From positions 2,784,001-2,848,000 of the forward strand of contig OZ220732.1 in NCBI GenBank assembly GCA_965116905.1: a DNA stretch of 64,000 nucleotides, written 5' to 3'. How positions within the stretch are numbered: the first letter of the stretch is position 1; each line of letters starts with the position of its first letter. The position numbers and the translations under genes were made by a program. The DNA is from Longimicrobiales bacterium. GTDB taxonomy: Bacteria > Gemmatimonadota > Gemmatimonadetes > Longimicrobiales > Gaopeijiaceae. The notes beneath the pieces are model-generated. The model was not told the DNA's origin and made no database searches. It saw only the letters and a list, made by a program, of their open reading frames with translations. Positions 10,614-19,609 of the stretch are shown here, piece by piece.

Positions 10614-11774
10614 CTAAACCATTTTGTTTAGTGTTTCTTCCAGTTCCAGAAGAAGTGTACCGACGAAGAGCTGTGGGTTCACGTTTCCAAGGGCAAGCAT
10701 CCGGGCCCGCTCCACCTGCTCGACGGCCCGCGCGACCCGTGCGGGCGTCAGCTTGAGGCGGCCGGCGGCTTCGCGCAGATACGGCAACTCGTCGGTGTTG
10801 ATCACCCGCTCGTCCTGACCGAGACCGGCTGCTCCCAGATCGCGGAGCCACAGCTGCAGCGCGCCCAGGAGGTCCAGGAGTCCCCTGGCTCCCGCGGGCC
10901 CGAATTCCAGTGCGGCCTTGAAGGCCTCCGCACGCTTTCCACCCGTCACGATCCGGAGCAGCTTCAACGCCCCGCGGCGCTGCTCGGCCTGGAATCCTTC
11001 ACGGTCCAGGTAGCCGAGGGCGGCACCGATCGACCCCTGCGCCAGCACGGCCGCGCGCTGTGCCGCCGTTAGGTCGGCCCCGCATTCCTCCTCCAGGAAG
11101 CCGGCCACCTCGCTTGTCGCGAGCGGGGGGAGGTGGATCGGAAGCGCGCGGGAGCGAACGGTTTCCAGCAGGCTTCCGGGCTTCCCCGACGTGAGGATGA
11201 ACCGGGTGCCGTCCGGGGGCTCCTCCAGGAGCTTGAGGAGCGCGTTGGCGGCCTCGGGGCTGGCCTCCTGCGGGACAAGGTGCTCCGCGTCCCCCACGAT
11301 GAAGAACTGCTCGTCGCTCATTGCGGGCCGCCGATGGGCCTGGCTGCGGAGCGTGACGACCGCGGCCAGGTAGATGCCCTTGACCTCGGCGCTTCCCTCG
11401 GCCCGCAGCGGCTGTCTTCGCAACTCCGCCAGCCGTTCGTGGCGCGCGGTTTCCAGGGCCTCGGCCAGCTTGTCGGGCCCGTGCACGCGCTTCGGGCGGG
11501 GAAGGGGGAAGTACCAGTGGATGTCCGGGTGCTCGAGGCGCAGTGCCAGCCGACAGCTTCCACAGCTGTCGCAGGGGCGCGAGGCGTCCGCGGTGCACAG
11601 CCGGGTGCGAGCCAGCCACAGCGCGAGCGATTGCTTGCCGCAGCCCGGAGTGCCGTGGATCAGCACGGTGGCTGGGAGGGCATCCCGGTCGAGGGCGCGC
11701 CTGAGCGACGCCCGCAGCGCGTCGTGTCCCCGGAACGGGGGCGGAACCGAGGGTTGCTGAATTGGCGGCGGCAT
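10614..11774 (-). CDS. holB: DNA polymerase III subunit delta'
   Basis: HGTPGCGK, PCDSCGSC zinc site, HPDIH, AANALLKLLEEPP, TVRSRA. Confidence 0.92.
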   Translation of the reverse strand: MPPPIQQPSVPPPFRGHDALRASLRRALDRDALPATVLIHGTPGCGKQSLALWLARTRLCTADASRPCDSCGSCRLALRLEHPDIHWYFPLPRPKRVHGPDKLAEALETARHERLAELRRQPLRAEGSAEVKGIYLAAVVTLRSQAHRRPAMSDEQFFIVGDAEHLVPQEASPEAANALLKLLEEPPDGTRFILTSGKPGSLLETVRSRALPIHLPPLATSEVAGFLEEECGADLTAAQRAAVLAQGSIGAALGYLDREGFQAEQRRGALKLLRIVTGGKRAEAFKAALEFGPAGARGLLDLLGALQLWLRDLGAAGLGQDERVINTDELPYLREAAGRLKLTPARVARAVEQVERARMLALGNVNPQLFVGTLLLELEETLNKMV

Positions 11775-11838
11775 GGCAACCGAAGTATCGATTGCGGCCT
11801 TGCGCCTCACAAGTGGCGGTGCGCCCACGGGCCGTCCG

Positions 11839-12453
11839 TCAGCCTTCGGACCGGGCGCGCAGGAGGACGTGCAGCGGGTCCTGCGGATCCTCGATGCGCT
11901 TCCTGAGCCGGTTCAGGGCATGGCGGATGTGAGAGCGCACGGTCGCGGGCCTGACGCGCATCAGGCGTGCCGCCTCGGCCGGACTCCTTTCGTCGATCAG
12001 TCTGAGCGTCAACGCCTGCCTCTCGCGGTCGGGAAGGTCGTCGATCGCCTCGCGGACGATGCGATGAAGGGCTTCGTCCTCGGCGCGGTCGAGCGGGTCG
12101 GGTCCCGAGCCGGACGCGTCGGAGACGGCCAGCTCGCCGGCGTAGCGGTCAAGATGCCGGGCGGCGGCCGTTCGGGAGCGGTAGTCGCTCACGCACACGC
12201 TTCGAGTCAGTCGGCCAAGCCACCCCCGAAAGGTCCCCGTCGCCCGAAAGGACTCCGCGGCTGCGTGCACCTTCAGCCAGGTGTCCTGGTACAGGTCGTC
12301 GAGGTGGTCGGGGTCGCGCGCGTAGCCTTTGCATATGGCCCATACCAGGGGACCATTCTCCTCCACGATCCGGCGGGCGTAGGTGCCGCCTGCGATGAAC
12401 CTCGCGGGTACGAACGGCAGGCGCTTCGCGTCTCCGCCGGGGGGACGGGTCAT
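11839..12453 (-). CDS. ECF RNA polymerase sigma factor
   Basis: Sigma2 (DDLYQDTWLKV..FRGWL) and sigma4 (LPDRERQAL..SPAEAARLMRVRPATVRSHI). Confidence 0.9.
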   Translation of the reverse strand: MTRPPGGDAKRLPFVPARFIAGGTYARRIVEENGPLVWAICKGYARDPDHLDDLYQDTWLKVHAAAESFRATGTFRGWLGRLTRSVCVSDYRSRTAAARHLDRYAGELAVSDASGSGPDPLDRAEDEALHRIVREAIDDLPDRERQALTLRLIDERSPAEAARLMRVRPATVRSHIRHALNRLRKRIEDPQDPLHVLLRARSEG

Positions 12454-12484
12454 GGGGTGCGCGGGTTTCGCGAGGGTGGCCGGG

Positions 12485-12925
12485 TCAGGTCCGCGCGGCC
12501 TGCTGGACCGCCAGCGCCCGGTCCCGTCTGCCAACCAGAATCTGCACCCCCGCGGCCGCCGCACCTCCACCCGCGGCCACCAGCGCCAGCTCCAGGATCG
12601 TCGCCCCCGGCTGGAGGTGTCCGCCCGTGGCAAGGATCGCGGCCGCGATCGTCAGAGTTCCCAGCAATGCGGTCACCCACACGTCGACGGGACGAACGAG
12701 CGCCCGCCGGATCCGCAGCTTTGCAATCCTCTTGATGACCAGGTCATTGAGGTGCTCGAGGTGCTCCCGGCTTCCCCGTTGCGGCTTGAAGGCCCTTTTG
12801 GTCGCCCCGATCAAGAGCAGATCGAAACGGCACACCGGGCAGGTCTGCAGGTGTTCCCACGTGCCCGGGTCGATCTCGGTGCCGGGTTCCTGGCTGGTGA
12901 TGCTGAAGATGTCGGGACAGGACAT
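12485..12925 (-). CDS. Putative zinc-binding anti-sigma factor (ZAS) with two TM helices
   Basis: HLQTCPVC (HxxxCxxC) plus an N-terminal Cys, two C-terminal hydrophobic segments, directly upstream of the ECF sigma. Confidence 0.78.
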   Translation of the reverse strand: MSCPDIFSITSQEPGTEIDPGTWEHLQTCPVCRFDLLLIGATKRAFKPQRGSREHLEHLNDLVIKRIAKLRIRRALVRPVDVWVTALLGTLTIAAAILATGGHLQPGATILELALVAAGGGAAAAGVQILVGRRDRALAVQQAART

Positions 12926-12928
12926 GTT

Positions 12929-13774
12929 TCAGATTCCTCGCGAAGGGAAGGCCGGTCTGCCGCTGAACCAGGGGAAGACCGGCAGGTAATCCTGGTGGCG
13001 GGTCACGGCTGCGAGCGCCACGGCTTCGAGGAGGGGCACCGCCAGAGGGAGCCACGCGGCCGCGACACCGGACACCACGACCCAGTCACGGCCCGGATGA
13101 CTGGCGAAAACGGCCGCGCCGAAGAACGCCAGACCTCCGGCCAGTCCGATGGCGAGGCGACCGTTTCGGCGGCTCGGGGGGCGCAGCGCGCCCGTCACAT
13201 GGGATGCGCGAACCCCCAGCACGCAGTTGATGACGGAGAATGCCAGGAGAGCCAGCGGCATGTGCAGCAGGAGCCGGACGCGGTTGGGTGCTGCGGCCCG
13301 GGCCGTGTCGCCCGGGTTGTCCTGTCCCGGGGGATTCGCGTCCAGGAAGCGGAGTTCGCGGAGCCTCCCCGCGGGGGTCCTCGGTCCGAAGGGTCTCATC
13401 TCGGCCAGGTCGGGATCTCCGGCCAGGGCGGCGTGGTCCGCGAGCGGATTGATGATCTCGGACGACGCATAGCTCGCCACCCCGATGACAAGCCCCGCCA
13501 ACACCGCCACCCAGGTGCGTCCAGCCGCCGAGCTTCGTCTCCAGATCGCCACGCCACCGGCAAAGGCGGCGAAGGGCAGCAGGAGGCCCAGCAGGTCGGC
13601 CACGTAGGCGAGCCACATCAGGCCCGACCACGGCTGTGGCTGGGCTACGGCGACGGTGTGAAACACCACGATCGCAGCCACGAGTCCCAGAGTCCAGGCG
13701 ACCGCAACCTTCAGCGCATGGGCCAGCAGCGACATGATGCGGCCGAGTCCGAGGCGTTCGTACCGGATGTTCAT
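12929..13774 (-). CDS. Six-TM membrane protein resembling the LptF/LptG (YjgP/YjgQ) membrane core
   Basis: Three TMs, short loop, three TMs. Motifs LLLPFAAF, SEIINPLA, LHMPLALL, AAAWLP. Confidence 0.65.
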   Translation of the reverse strand: MNIRYERLGLGRIMSLLAHALKVAVAWTLGLVAAIVVFHTVAVAQPQPWSGLMWLAYVADLLGLLLPFAAFAGGVAIWRRSSAAGRTWVAVLAGLVIGVASYASSEIINPLADHAALAGDPDLAEMRPFGPRTPAGRLRELRFLDANPPGQDNPGDTARAAAPNRVRLLLHMPLALLAFSVINCVLGVRASHVTGALRPPSRRNGRLAIGLAGGLAFFGAAVFASHPGRDWVVVSGVAAAWLPLAVPLLEAVALAAVTRHQDYLPVFPWFSGRPAFPSRGI

Positions 13775-13977
13775 GGCTCCGGGCGGCATTCGCGGTCACG
13801 GTCACAGTTCTTGACGAGCCAGCAGCACTCACGGCAACAGTACGCCTTGGCGCCCTCGCCCCAGCAGCAGTCCGACCGCGTGAAACGGGTGAGCAGCGAT
13901 TGTGCCGGCGGCGCAAACAGGGCAACCGCCAGCACAAGGTTGAGAAGAATCAGACCAGCGAGGACCAGCTTGCGCAT
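13771..13977 (-). CDS. Secreted cysteine-rich peptide (68 aa, 8 Cys)
   Basis: AGGAGG 8 nt before ATG, Sec signal MRKLVLAGLILLNLVLAVALFAPPAQS, core DCCWGEGAKAYCCRECCWLVKNCDRDRECRPEP, ATGA coupling to the next gene. Confidence 0.85.
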   Translation of the reverse strand: MRKLVLAGLILLNLVLAVALFAPPAQSLLTRFTRSDCCWGEGAKAYCCRECCWLVKNCDRDRECRPEP

Positions 13978-14014
13978 GGGCCATGCCTCCTGAAGGTGAT
14001 GCGACGCGGTGCGG

Positions 14015-15142
14015 CTACCCTGTCCATTCGGCCAGCCACCGTACCCCGTCGGGGGATCCATGGGAACCGAGCACTCCACGCGGCGTGGCCACGAGGGGCT
14101 CGAAAGAAGGGGGGAATTCGAACGCGTCCACCGCTCCCGAGGTCGTCACGCGCAGCCACCGGCGGCCGTGTCCGAGCGGGTCGGTCCGGTTGTCGAAGAG
14201 CCGGAGCCACGCCGGGCCTCCCGACTGGCAGAGCACGGAGGTCACGAACGGCAGTTCATCCGAGAAGTGCGCCCGCACGTCTCGCGCCATGGCCTCCAGG
14301 TCGATCCCGGCCTCGGCGTAGTTGGGGCCCAGCTCGAGGCGGATCATCTTCTCCAGGTAGAAGACGATGTCCGCCTCCTGAATCGGGGACGGGCTTCCCG
14401 GAATCGGGACCTGGGCGATGGACACTCCGCCGTCGTCCAGCCAGACCAGATCGTGCGAGGCGGGGCGCCACAGCACCAGGTCGCTGCCGCAGGCATCCCA
14501 TAGGGGCACGGGCACGAATTCCCCGGGAGTCTCCCCGGTCGGCCGCATGTGCTCCGAGAAGGCGACGACCTCCCGCCGGGTCTCGAGGGAAAGATCGGCC
14601 CGCACAAGGGAGGCCTCCTGGAAATCGGCCGTGACATCGAGACGGGTGGGCGTGTGGACCACGACCGCGCCCCGTGCATCCAGACGGACGCGGTAGGGAT
14701 CCGCGTAGGAGACGTCGTTGAAATCCCGTCGCCGCGCCCAGGAGGCGCCCTGCAGGCGTTCCGACCGGACCAGCGACATGGTCGCGTCGAAGACCTTGTG
14801 CTGCCTGCTGCCGACGTCCCACACGTGCGCCATCCCGCCATCCGGATCGACCTGCAGCGCGATGGGGAAGACGAGATCCTCCGGACCCTCACCGCGCTCG
14901 CCGCCTCGAAGGACATCGCCCCCGGCACGCTCGATCCGCGTGAGGTACGGAGGGGACGTGTCCAGCACCCATACGGCGTCGGGTGCGGTCGCGATGTCCC
15001 GTATGGCGGTGAATTCCACGCCGGGGAAGGGCGTCGTGAGTGCCTCGGCCGGAATCTCGCGAAACTCGATGGCCGCGTCCGAACTCGCGCAGGCGCTCGC
15101 GACCGCGCAGACGGCGCCAAGCAGCAGGAACCGGGGCCTCAT
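14015..15142 (-). CDS. Putative beta-propeller lipoprotein
   Basis: Lipobox ASAC at residue 18, NHL-like blades (VWVLD, GERGEGPEDLVFP, HVWDVG). Confidence 0.75.
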   Translation of the reverse strand: MRPRFLLLGAVCAVASACASSDAAIEFREIPAEALTTPFPGVEFTAIRDIATAPDAVWVLDTSPPYLTRIERAGGDVLRGGERGEGPEDLVFPIALQVDPDGGMAHVWDVGSRQHKVFDATMSLVRSERLQGASWARRRDFNDVSYADPYRVRLDARGAVVVHTPTRLDVTADFQEASLVRADLSLETRREVVAFSEHMRPTGETPGEFVPVPLWDACGSDLVLWRPASHDLVWLDDGGVSIAQVPIPGSPSPIQEADIVFYLEKMIRLELGPNYAEAGIDLEAMARDVRAHFSDELPFVTSVLCQSGGPAWLRLFDNRTDPLGHGRRWLRVTTSGAVDAFEFPPSFEPLVATPRGVLGSHGSPDGVRWLAEWTG

Positions 15143-15738
15143 GGCCGGTCCTCCGTCGTGACGCGCGGCCGGGCGGCGGGCGGGGTGTCGGCGGCCGGCG
15201 GGGCATCGGCGGCGAGCAGGACGTCGGTGGCGGGCGGTACGGCGGCGGGCGGCAGGGCGGCCACGACGTCGGCCAGTTCATCTCCGTGGCCCAGCGCGAC
15301 GACGCGGCCGTCCCGCAGCGCAAAGACCCACGGCGTGCGGCTGACGAGCGCGTGCTCCCGGCTCCCGAGGCCGAATCGGTCCATTGTCGCCACCGGGACC
15401 CGCCAACCGTGCGCCTCCGCGTGTCCGGCGGCCGCTTCGAGTGGCCCGGGCGCAACGGCGAGGACTCCTGCCGGTCTGCCCGGATCCCGCAGGAATCGTC
15501 CCCACTGCAGGGCAACCTGCCGGGAATGCGCGCACTCGGGATCGAAGGCGAGTACGAGCTGGTACTTGCCGAGCGGGTGGCTCCGGCCGCCGCTGTCGCG
15601 GACCTGGACACCCGAGAGGTCGTCGCCCATCGCGACATGCCCGGCACTCCCCGTTCCCAGGCGGCCGGCAAGCAGCGAGAACTGGAGGGCCGCCAGGGCT
15701 GTCAGCGCGGCGGTGATGGTACTTCCGGATCGGTTCAA
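15139..15738 (-). CDS. Membrane-anchored thioredoxin-like (TlpA/redoxin fold) protein with CxxS
   Basis: N-terminal hydrophobic anchor, LVLAFDPECAHS, RTPWVF cis-Pro motif, TTG start after GGGAG, ATGA coupling to the next gene. Confidence 0.72.
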   Translation of the reverse strand: MNRSGSTITAALTALAALQFSLLAGRLGTGSAGHVAMGDDLSGVQVRDSGGRSHPLGKYQLVLAFDPECAHSRQVALQWGRFLRDPGRPAGVLAVAPGPLEAAAGHAEAHGWRVPVATMDRFGLGSREHALVSRTPWVFALRDGRVVALGHGDELADVVAALPPAAVPPATDVLLAADAPPAADTPPAARPRVTTEDRP

Positions 15739-15753
15739 TGAACTGCTCCCGGG

Positions 15754-15794
15754 CTTCGAAATGGTGGACGTCTGGTCTTCGAAATGGTGGACGT
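15754..15794. repeat. Perfect 18-bp direct repeat in the cassette leader
   Basis: CTTCGAAATGGTGGACGT at 15754-15771 and 15777-15794. Confidence 0.9.
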
Positions 15795-15814
15795 GGAGTT
15801 GCCCCTCTACACTT

Positions 15815-15844
15815 ATATGACAGTTCTCAGAGCAAAAACGTGCA
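15815..15844 (-). promoter_or_regulatory. Candidate ECF-type promoter of the Cys-peptide cassette
   Basis: Minus strand TGCACG-N16-TGTCATAT in a locally AT-rich patch. Confidence 0.45.
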
Positions 15845-15885
15845 AAAGGGGCTCGCGTGGGCCTGCTGCTCCGACCCCGGTCAGG

Positions 15886-16812
15886 TCATCCGCGGCGGCC
15901 CCTGGCGAGCCGGATTGCGAGCCGGATAGCCTCCACCATGGATGACGCGTCGGCCACCCCGTTTCCCGCGATGTCGAACGCGGTGCCGTGGTCCGGGGAC
16001 GTGCGCACGAACGGCAGGCCGATCGTGACGTTGACGCCCTGGCCGAAGGCCGCCGTCTTGAAAGCGGCCATGCCCACGTCATGGTACGGGGCGACCACGG
16101 CGTCGAATTCGCCCGAAAACGCTCGGCCGAAGACGGTGTCGGCCGGCACCGGCCCGGTGATGGACCAGGGGCCGTGGGCGAGGGTCGCCAAGGCGGGCTC
16201 GTAGACGTCGCGTTCCTCGGAGCCGAACAGTCCGTCGTCGGAAGCGTGCGGGTTGAGAGCGCAAAGGGCGATGCGCGGTGCCGGCACGCGCCAGTCGGAG
16301 TGAAGCGCCGCCGCAAGCAGGCGAGTCTGCGTGACGAGCAGCTCCGCCGTGACCGCGTTCGGAACCCGCGCCAGCGGAATGTGCGTGGTCGCCAGCAGCA
16401 CGCGCTTCGCGGGCCGCGCGCCTTCGCCTCCCGGCCCCTCGTCGCACATCAGCATGCCCACGCGCGGCGCACCGGAAAGCGCCATCAGCATCTCGGTGTG
16501 CCCCGGGTGATACCCCGCGTCCTCCAGTGCCGGCTTGTGCACGGGCGCGGTCACGACGGCGTCCACCTCGCCGGCGAGCGCCCATTGCACCGCCCGCTCG
16601 ACCGCGAGCCCGGCGGCCTGGCCCGGCGCCAGACCCTCCCGCCCACCGGCCAGCGACTCGTACCGGCACAACTCGCGGAAGTCGGCCGCGCACTCGACCG
16701 GTCCGGTGACGCGCACCGCGACATCGTGCAGATCGGCGGCGGCCAGGGCCTTCGCGGTCACCTCCGGTCCGATGCCCCGGGGGTCCCCCAGAGTGATGGC
16801 CAGGCCGTTCAG
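15886..16812 (-). CDS. pdxA: 4-hydroxythreonine-4-phosphate dehydrogenase PdxA
   Basis: [47 protein letters not shown]. Apparent CTG start overlapping the surA stop. Confidence 0.93.
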   Translation of the reverse strand: MNGLAITLGDPRGIGPEVTAKALAAADLHDVAVRVTGPVECAADFRELCRYESLAGGREGLAPGQAAGLAVERAVQWALAGEVDAVVTAPVHKPALEDAGYHPGHTEMLMALSGAPRVGMLMCDEGPGGEGARPAKRVLLATTHIPLARVPNAVTAELLVTQTRLLAAALHSDWRVPAPRIALCALNPHASDDGLFGSEERDVYEPALATLAHGPWSITGPVPADTVFGRAFSGEFDAVVAPYHDVGMAAFKTAAFGQGVNVTIGLPFVRTSPDHGTAFDIAGNGVADASSMVEAIRLAIRLARGRRG

Positions 16813-18176
16813 TTGATGAACTCGACGTAGGTCTTTGCGCGCAGGCTCTGCATGAGCGCCTCGATGCGCTTCTGCCGCATAAGCGTGGCCCGGATCTGGG
16901 GCTCGAGGTCCTCGTAGGTGAACTCGCCCGCCTCTCTCTGTTCGACGATCTTCAGGACGGCGAACCGCTCCTGTCCCAGGTAGCCGAACTGGATGGGACC
17001 GACGACCTCGCCTTCCTCCCGGTCGGTCAGGGCGGCCAGGTAGGCGGCCGGGAGGATCTGCGTGATCTGCCTCTGCGGCACGGTGGCGGAATCGGGCAGG
17101 CTGGAGTCGTGGTATTCGTCGATCAGCGCCTGGAAGTCCTCCGTTGCGGCGCGTGCCGCAACCTCCTCGGCCACCTGGCGCGTCCGGGTATTGTCCTGCG
17201 GACCCGTCTCCGCCCGGATCAGGATGTGCCGGGCCTTTCGCTCGGCGACACGCATTCGTTCCAGCAGGATGATGTGGAAGCCGTGGACCGTCTCGACCAC
17301 CTCGCTGATGCCGCCTTCCAGGAGCGTAAAGGCCGCTTCCTCGAATTCGTCCACCATGTCCCCCCGGCGGAACCACCCCAGATCGCCCCCCGCGGTCGCC
17401 GAGCCGGGATCCTGCGAATACTCGGTTGCGAGTTCGGCGAAGTCCTCACCCGCGCGGGCGCGTTCCAGCAGCCCCTCGAGTGTGCTGCGGGCGGCCTGGC
17501 GGGAGGAATCGGATGGAGCGACGCTGAGCATCACCTGCTTGAAGGTCACCGTGGCGGGGCGCTCCTCCAGGGTCGCCCGTCCTTCCTCGAAGAACGCGCG
17601 CATCTCCGCGTCGGTGACTTCGACGGCTCCCTGATCGCCGTGACGGGCCATGTAGAGCTGCACGAGCTGCTCCTGGGCGAGCTGCTCCCGCACCATCTCC
17701 CGGTAGCTCTGGATCGTGAGCCCCTCGATTTCGAGTTGCTGCTCCATCGCGGTTCGGCTGCCGAAGTTGTTCTCTATCAGGGTCATGCGTTCCTGGAGGG
17801 CGTCTTCGACGCGCTCGTCCTCCACCTCGAGCAGCGTATCCTGGGCCGCCGCCTGCAGCACCAGCAGCTGCTGCACGATGTCCTCCAGCCTTTCCTGCCG
17901 GAATTCCTCCCGTTCGCGCGTGCCTTCCTCCGGAACGGGGCGGCCCTGTGCCCGCCACTGGTTCTCACCCTGGATGACCTGCGACAGCAGGATCACCGAG
18001 TCGCCCACGATCGCCACCACCTCGTCGACCAGCTCCTCGCGCTCGACCTGCGCGAAGGTCTCCGGCACGGCCGCGAACAGCACGGTGGCGGCCAGGAGCG
18101 GCGCCATCCGGGTGGGGAAGGGAATCTTCTGTTTCATGACGGTCCTGCGCATCGCGAGTACGCCCAACGGGGTCAC
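16809..18176 (-). CDS. surA: SurA-like peptidyl-prolyl isomerase/chaperone
   Basis: Signal peptide, [34 protein letters not shown], upstream of pdxA. Start may be a few codons downstream. Confidence 0.85.
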   Translation of the reverse strand: MTPLGVLAMRRTVMKQKIPFPTRMAPLLAATVLFAAVPETFAQVEREELVDEVVAIVGDSVILLSQVIQGENQWRAQGRPVPEEGTREREEFRQERLEDIVQQLLVLQAAAQDTLLEVEDERVEDALQERMTLIENNFGSRTAMEQQLEIEGLTIQSYREMVREQLAQEQLVQLYMARHGDQGAVEVTDAEMRAFFEEGRATLEERPATVTFKQVMLSVAPSDSSRQAARSTLEGLLERARAGEDFAELATEYSQDPGSATAGGDLGWFRRGDMVDEFEEAAFTLLEGGISEVVETVHGFHIILLERMRVAERKARHILIRAETGPQDNTRTRQVAEEVAARAATEDFQALIDEYHDSSLPDSATVPQRQITQILPAAYLAALTDREEGEVVGPIQFGYLGQERFAVLKIVEQREAGEFTYEDLEPQIRATLMRQKRIEALMQSLRAKTYVEFIN

Positions 18177-18178
18177 AC

Positions 18179-19609
18179 CTATCTGAGTCTTTCGATCCGT
18201 TCCAAAGTTGCCGCCACGGCGGCAGCGTTGATTCGCCAGTTGCCCTGGTCCCGGAGTAGCAATGTAACGCCGCCCAGCGGAATGATCTCGGTCTCGCCGG
18301 ACACGATCCGGATCAGCGCCGCCTCGACCCGGCTCGCCGAGGACGTCTCCCGGGCCGTACCGGGGACCGGGGTCGAATCGGGGCCGGAGGCGGAGTCGGG
18401 GCCGGGGGTGGCGTCGGCAATGGAGGATGCGTCGGGCCGGGTCGATGGCGACGTGAGCCCGATCAGCGCCGCCCGCTCCCGGATCGCGGCCCGCGCCTCG
18501 GCCGACACCGAATCGATCTGCTCCGCGGTCGGCGCGAGCCCGAGCGACCGGGCGTGCTCCAGGAGCAGTTCCTCCTGCCCGAGGCGTCGAAGCACGGCTT
18601 CCAGCTCCTGATCGGACGCGGACGCGACGCCTTCGCCGAATCCCTCCCCCGAAAGGCGTGCGAGGGACAGGAAGTCACCCGCCGAAAAGGAGCCTCCGTT
18701 CCATGTGACGAGCGGCCGCTCGGCAGCGCTTCGTGAAAGGCGCGAAGGGGTCGTCCCGGCCAGCGCACGGGCCAGTTCCACCGCTCCCCCCGCGAGCCCG
18801 AGCCCGGACGTGGAGTCGAGCCGCGTGACGTAGGCGGCCTCGGCGACGGCCAGGCGCTCGAGCTGGATCTGCCGGCGGAACTCCGCTCCCACCTCCGACA
18901 GCTCGGGGACCTCCAGGGCGTCGAGCCGGAGAAGGTGATAGCCGATTCCGGACTCGACGGGCCCGCTGGTTTCGCCCGGGCGCAGGCCGAAGACGGCCGA
19001 GTCCACCGGCGCGAGCATCTCGCCGCGTCCGAAGGTCCCCATGCTTCCGCCTCTGGCCCCGCTCCCGGGGTCGTCGCTGTAGCTGGAGGCCAGCCCCGCA
19101 AAGTCGGCCCCCGCATCGAGCCGGGACGCCAGGCCCGCCGCGACCGCGCGGACGCTGTCGCGCTGGAGGGTCGTCGCGCCCCGCGGGAAGAGGAGCAGGA
19201 TCTGGGAGGCCGTGGCCCGGGCGCCCGGCATGTCCGCCGCGAAGCGGGACGTCAGTTCCTCGTCACTGACGATCGTGTCGATGTCCACGACCTCGTCCCT
19301 GAGGCGGGCGATCATCAGCTCGTCGAGCGGCGCTTCCGTGACCAGGCCGACGTCCAGTGACTGAAGAGTCGAGTCCTCCGAGAGGCGCGAGGCCAGCAGG
19401 GTATAGTCCACCCAGAGTTCGGCCACCACCCGCACGATCTGCGAATCCGCCGGAACGCGGCTGTGGTCGGCGATCAGGATGGCGGCGTCTTCGAGGCCAA
19501 GCCGACTTCCGTCTGCTTCGGCGAGTGATCCGGGTCCACAGGCTGCAAGCATCAGGATCAACGCCATGCAACTCGACAGACCGCGGCTGTTCGAGCTATA
19601 CGCCTCCAT
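18179..19609 (-). CDS. PpiC/parvulin-type PPIase lipoprotein
   Basis: Lipobox [37 protein letters not shown]. Confidence 0.82.
   Translation of the reverse strand: MEAYSSNSRGLSSCMALILMLAACGPGSLAEADGSRLGLEDAAILIADHSRVPADSQIVRVVAELWVDYTLLASRLSEDSTLQSLDVGLVTEAPLDELMIARLRDEVVDIDTIVSDEELTSRFAADMPGARATASQILLLFPRGATTLQRDSVRAVAAGLASRLDAGADFAGLASSYSDDPGSGARGGSMGTFGRGEMLAPVDSAVFGLRPGETSGPVESGIGYHLLRLDALEVPELSEVGAEFRRQIQLERLAVAEAAYVTRLDSTSGLGLAGGAVELARALAGTTPSRLSRSAAERPLVTWNGGSFSAGDFLSLARLSGEGFGEGVASASDQELEAVLRRLGQEELLLEHARSLGLAPTAEQIDSVSAEARAAIRERAALIGLTSPSTRPDASSIADATPGPDSASGPDSTPVPGTARETSSASRVEAALIRIVSGETEIIPLGGVTLLLRDQGNWRINAAAVAATLERIERLR

Noticed and set aside
11839..15844. Cassette as a classical RiPP cluster (ranthipeptide, lanthipeptide, MNIO/bufferin) or a mobile element
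   Set aside because: No modifying enzyme, peptidase-transporter, integrase or flanking repeats seen. The peptide has a Sec signal rather than a RiPP leader.
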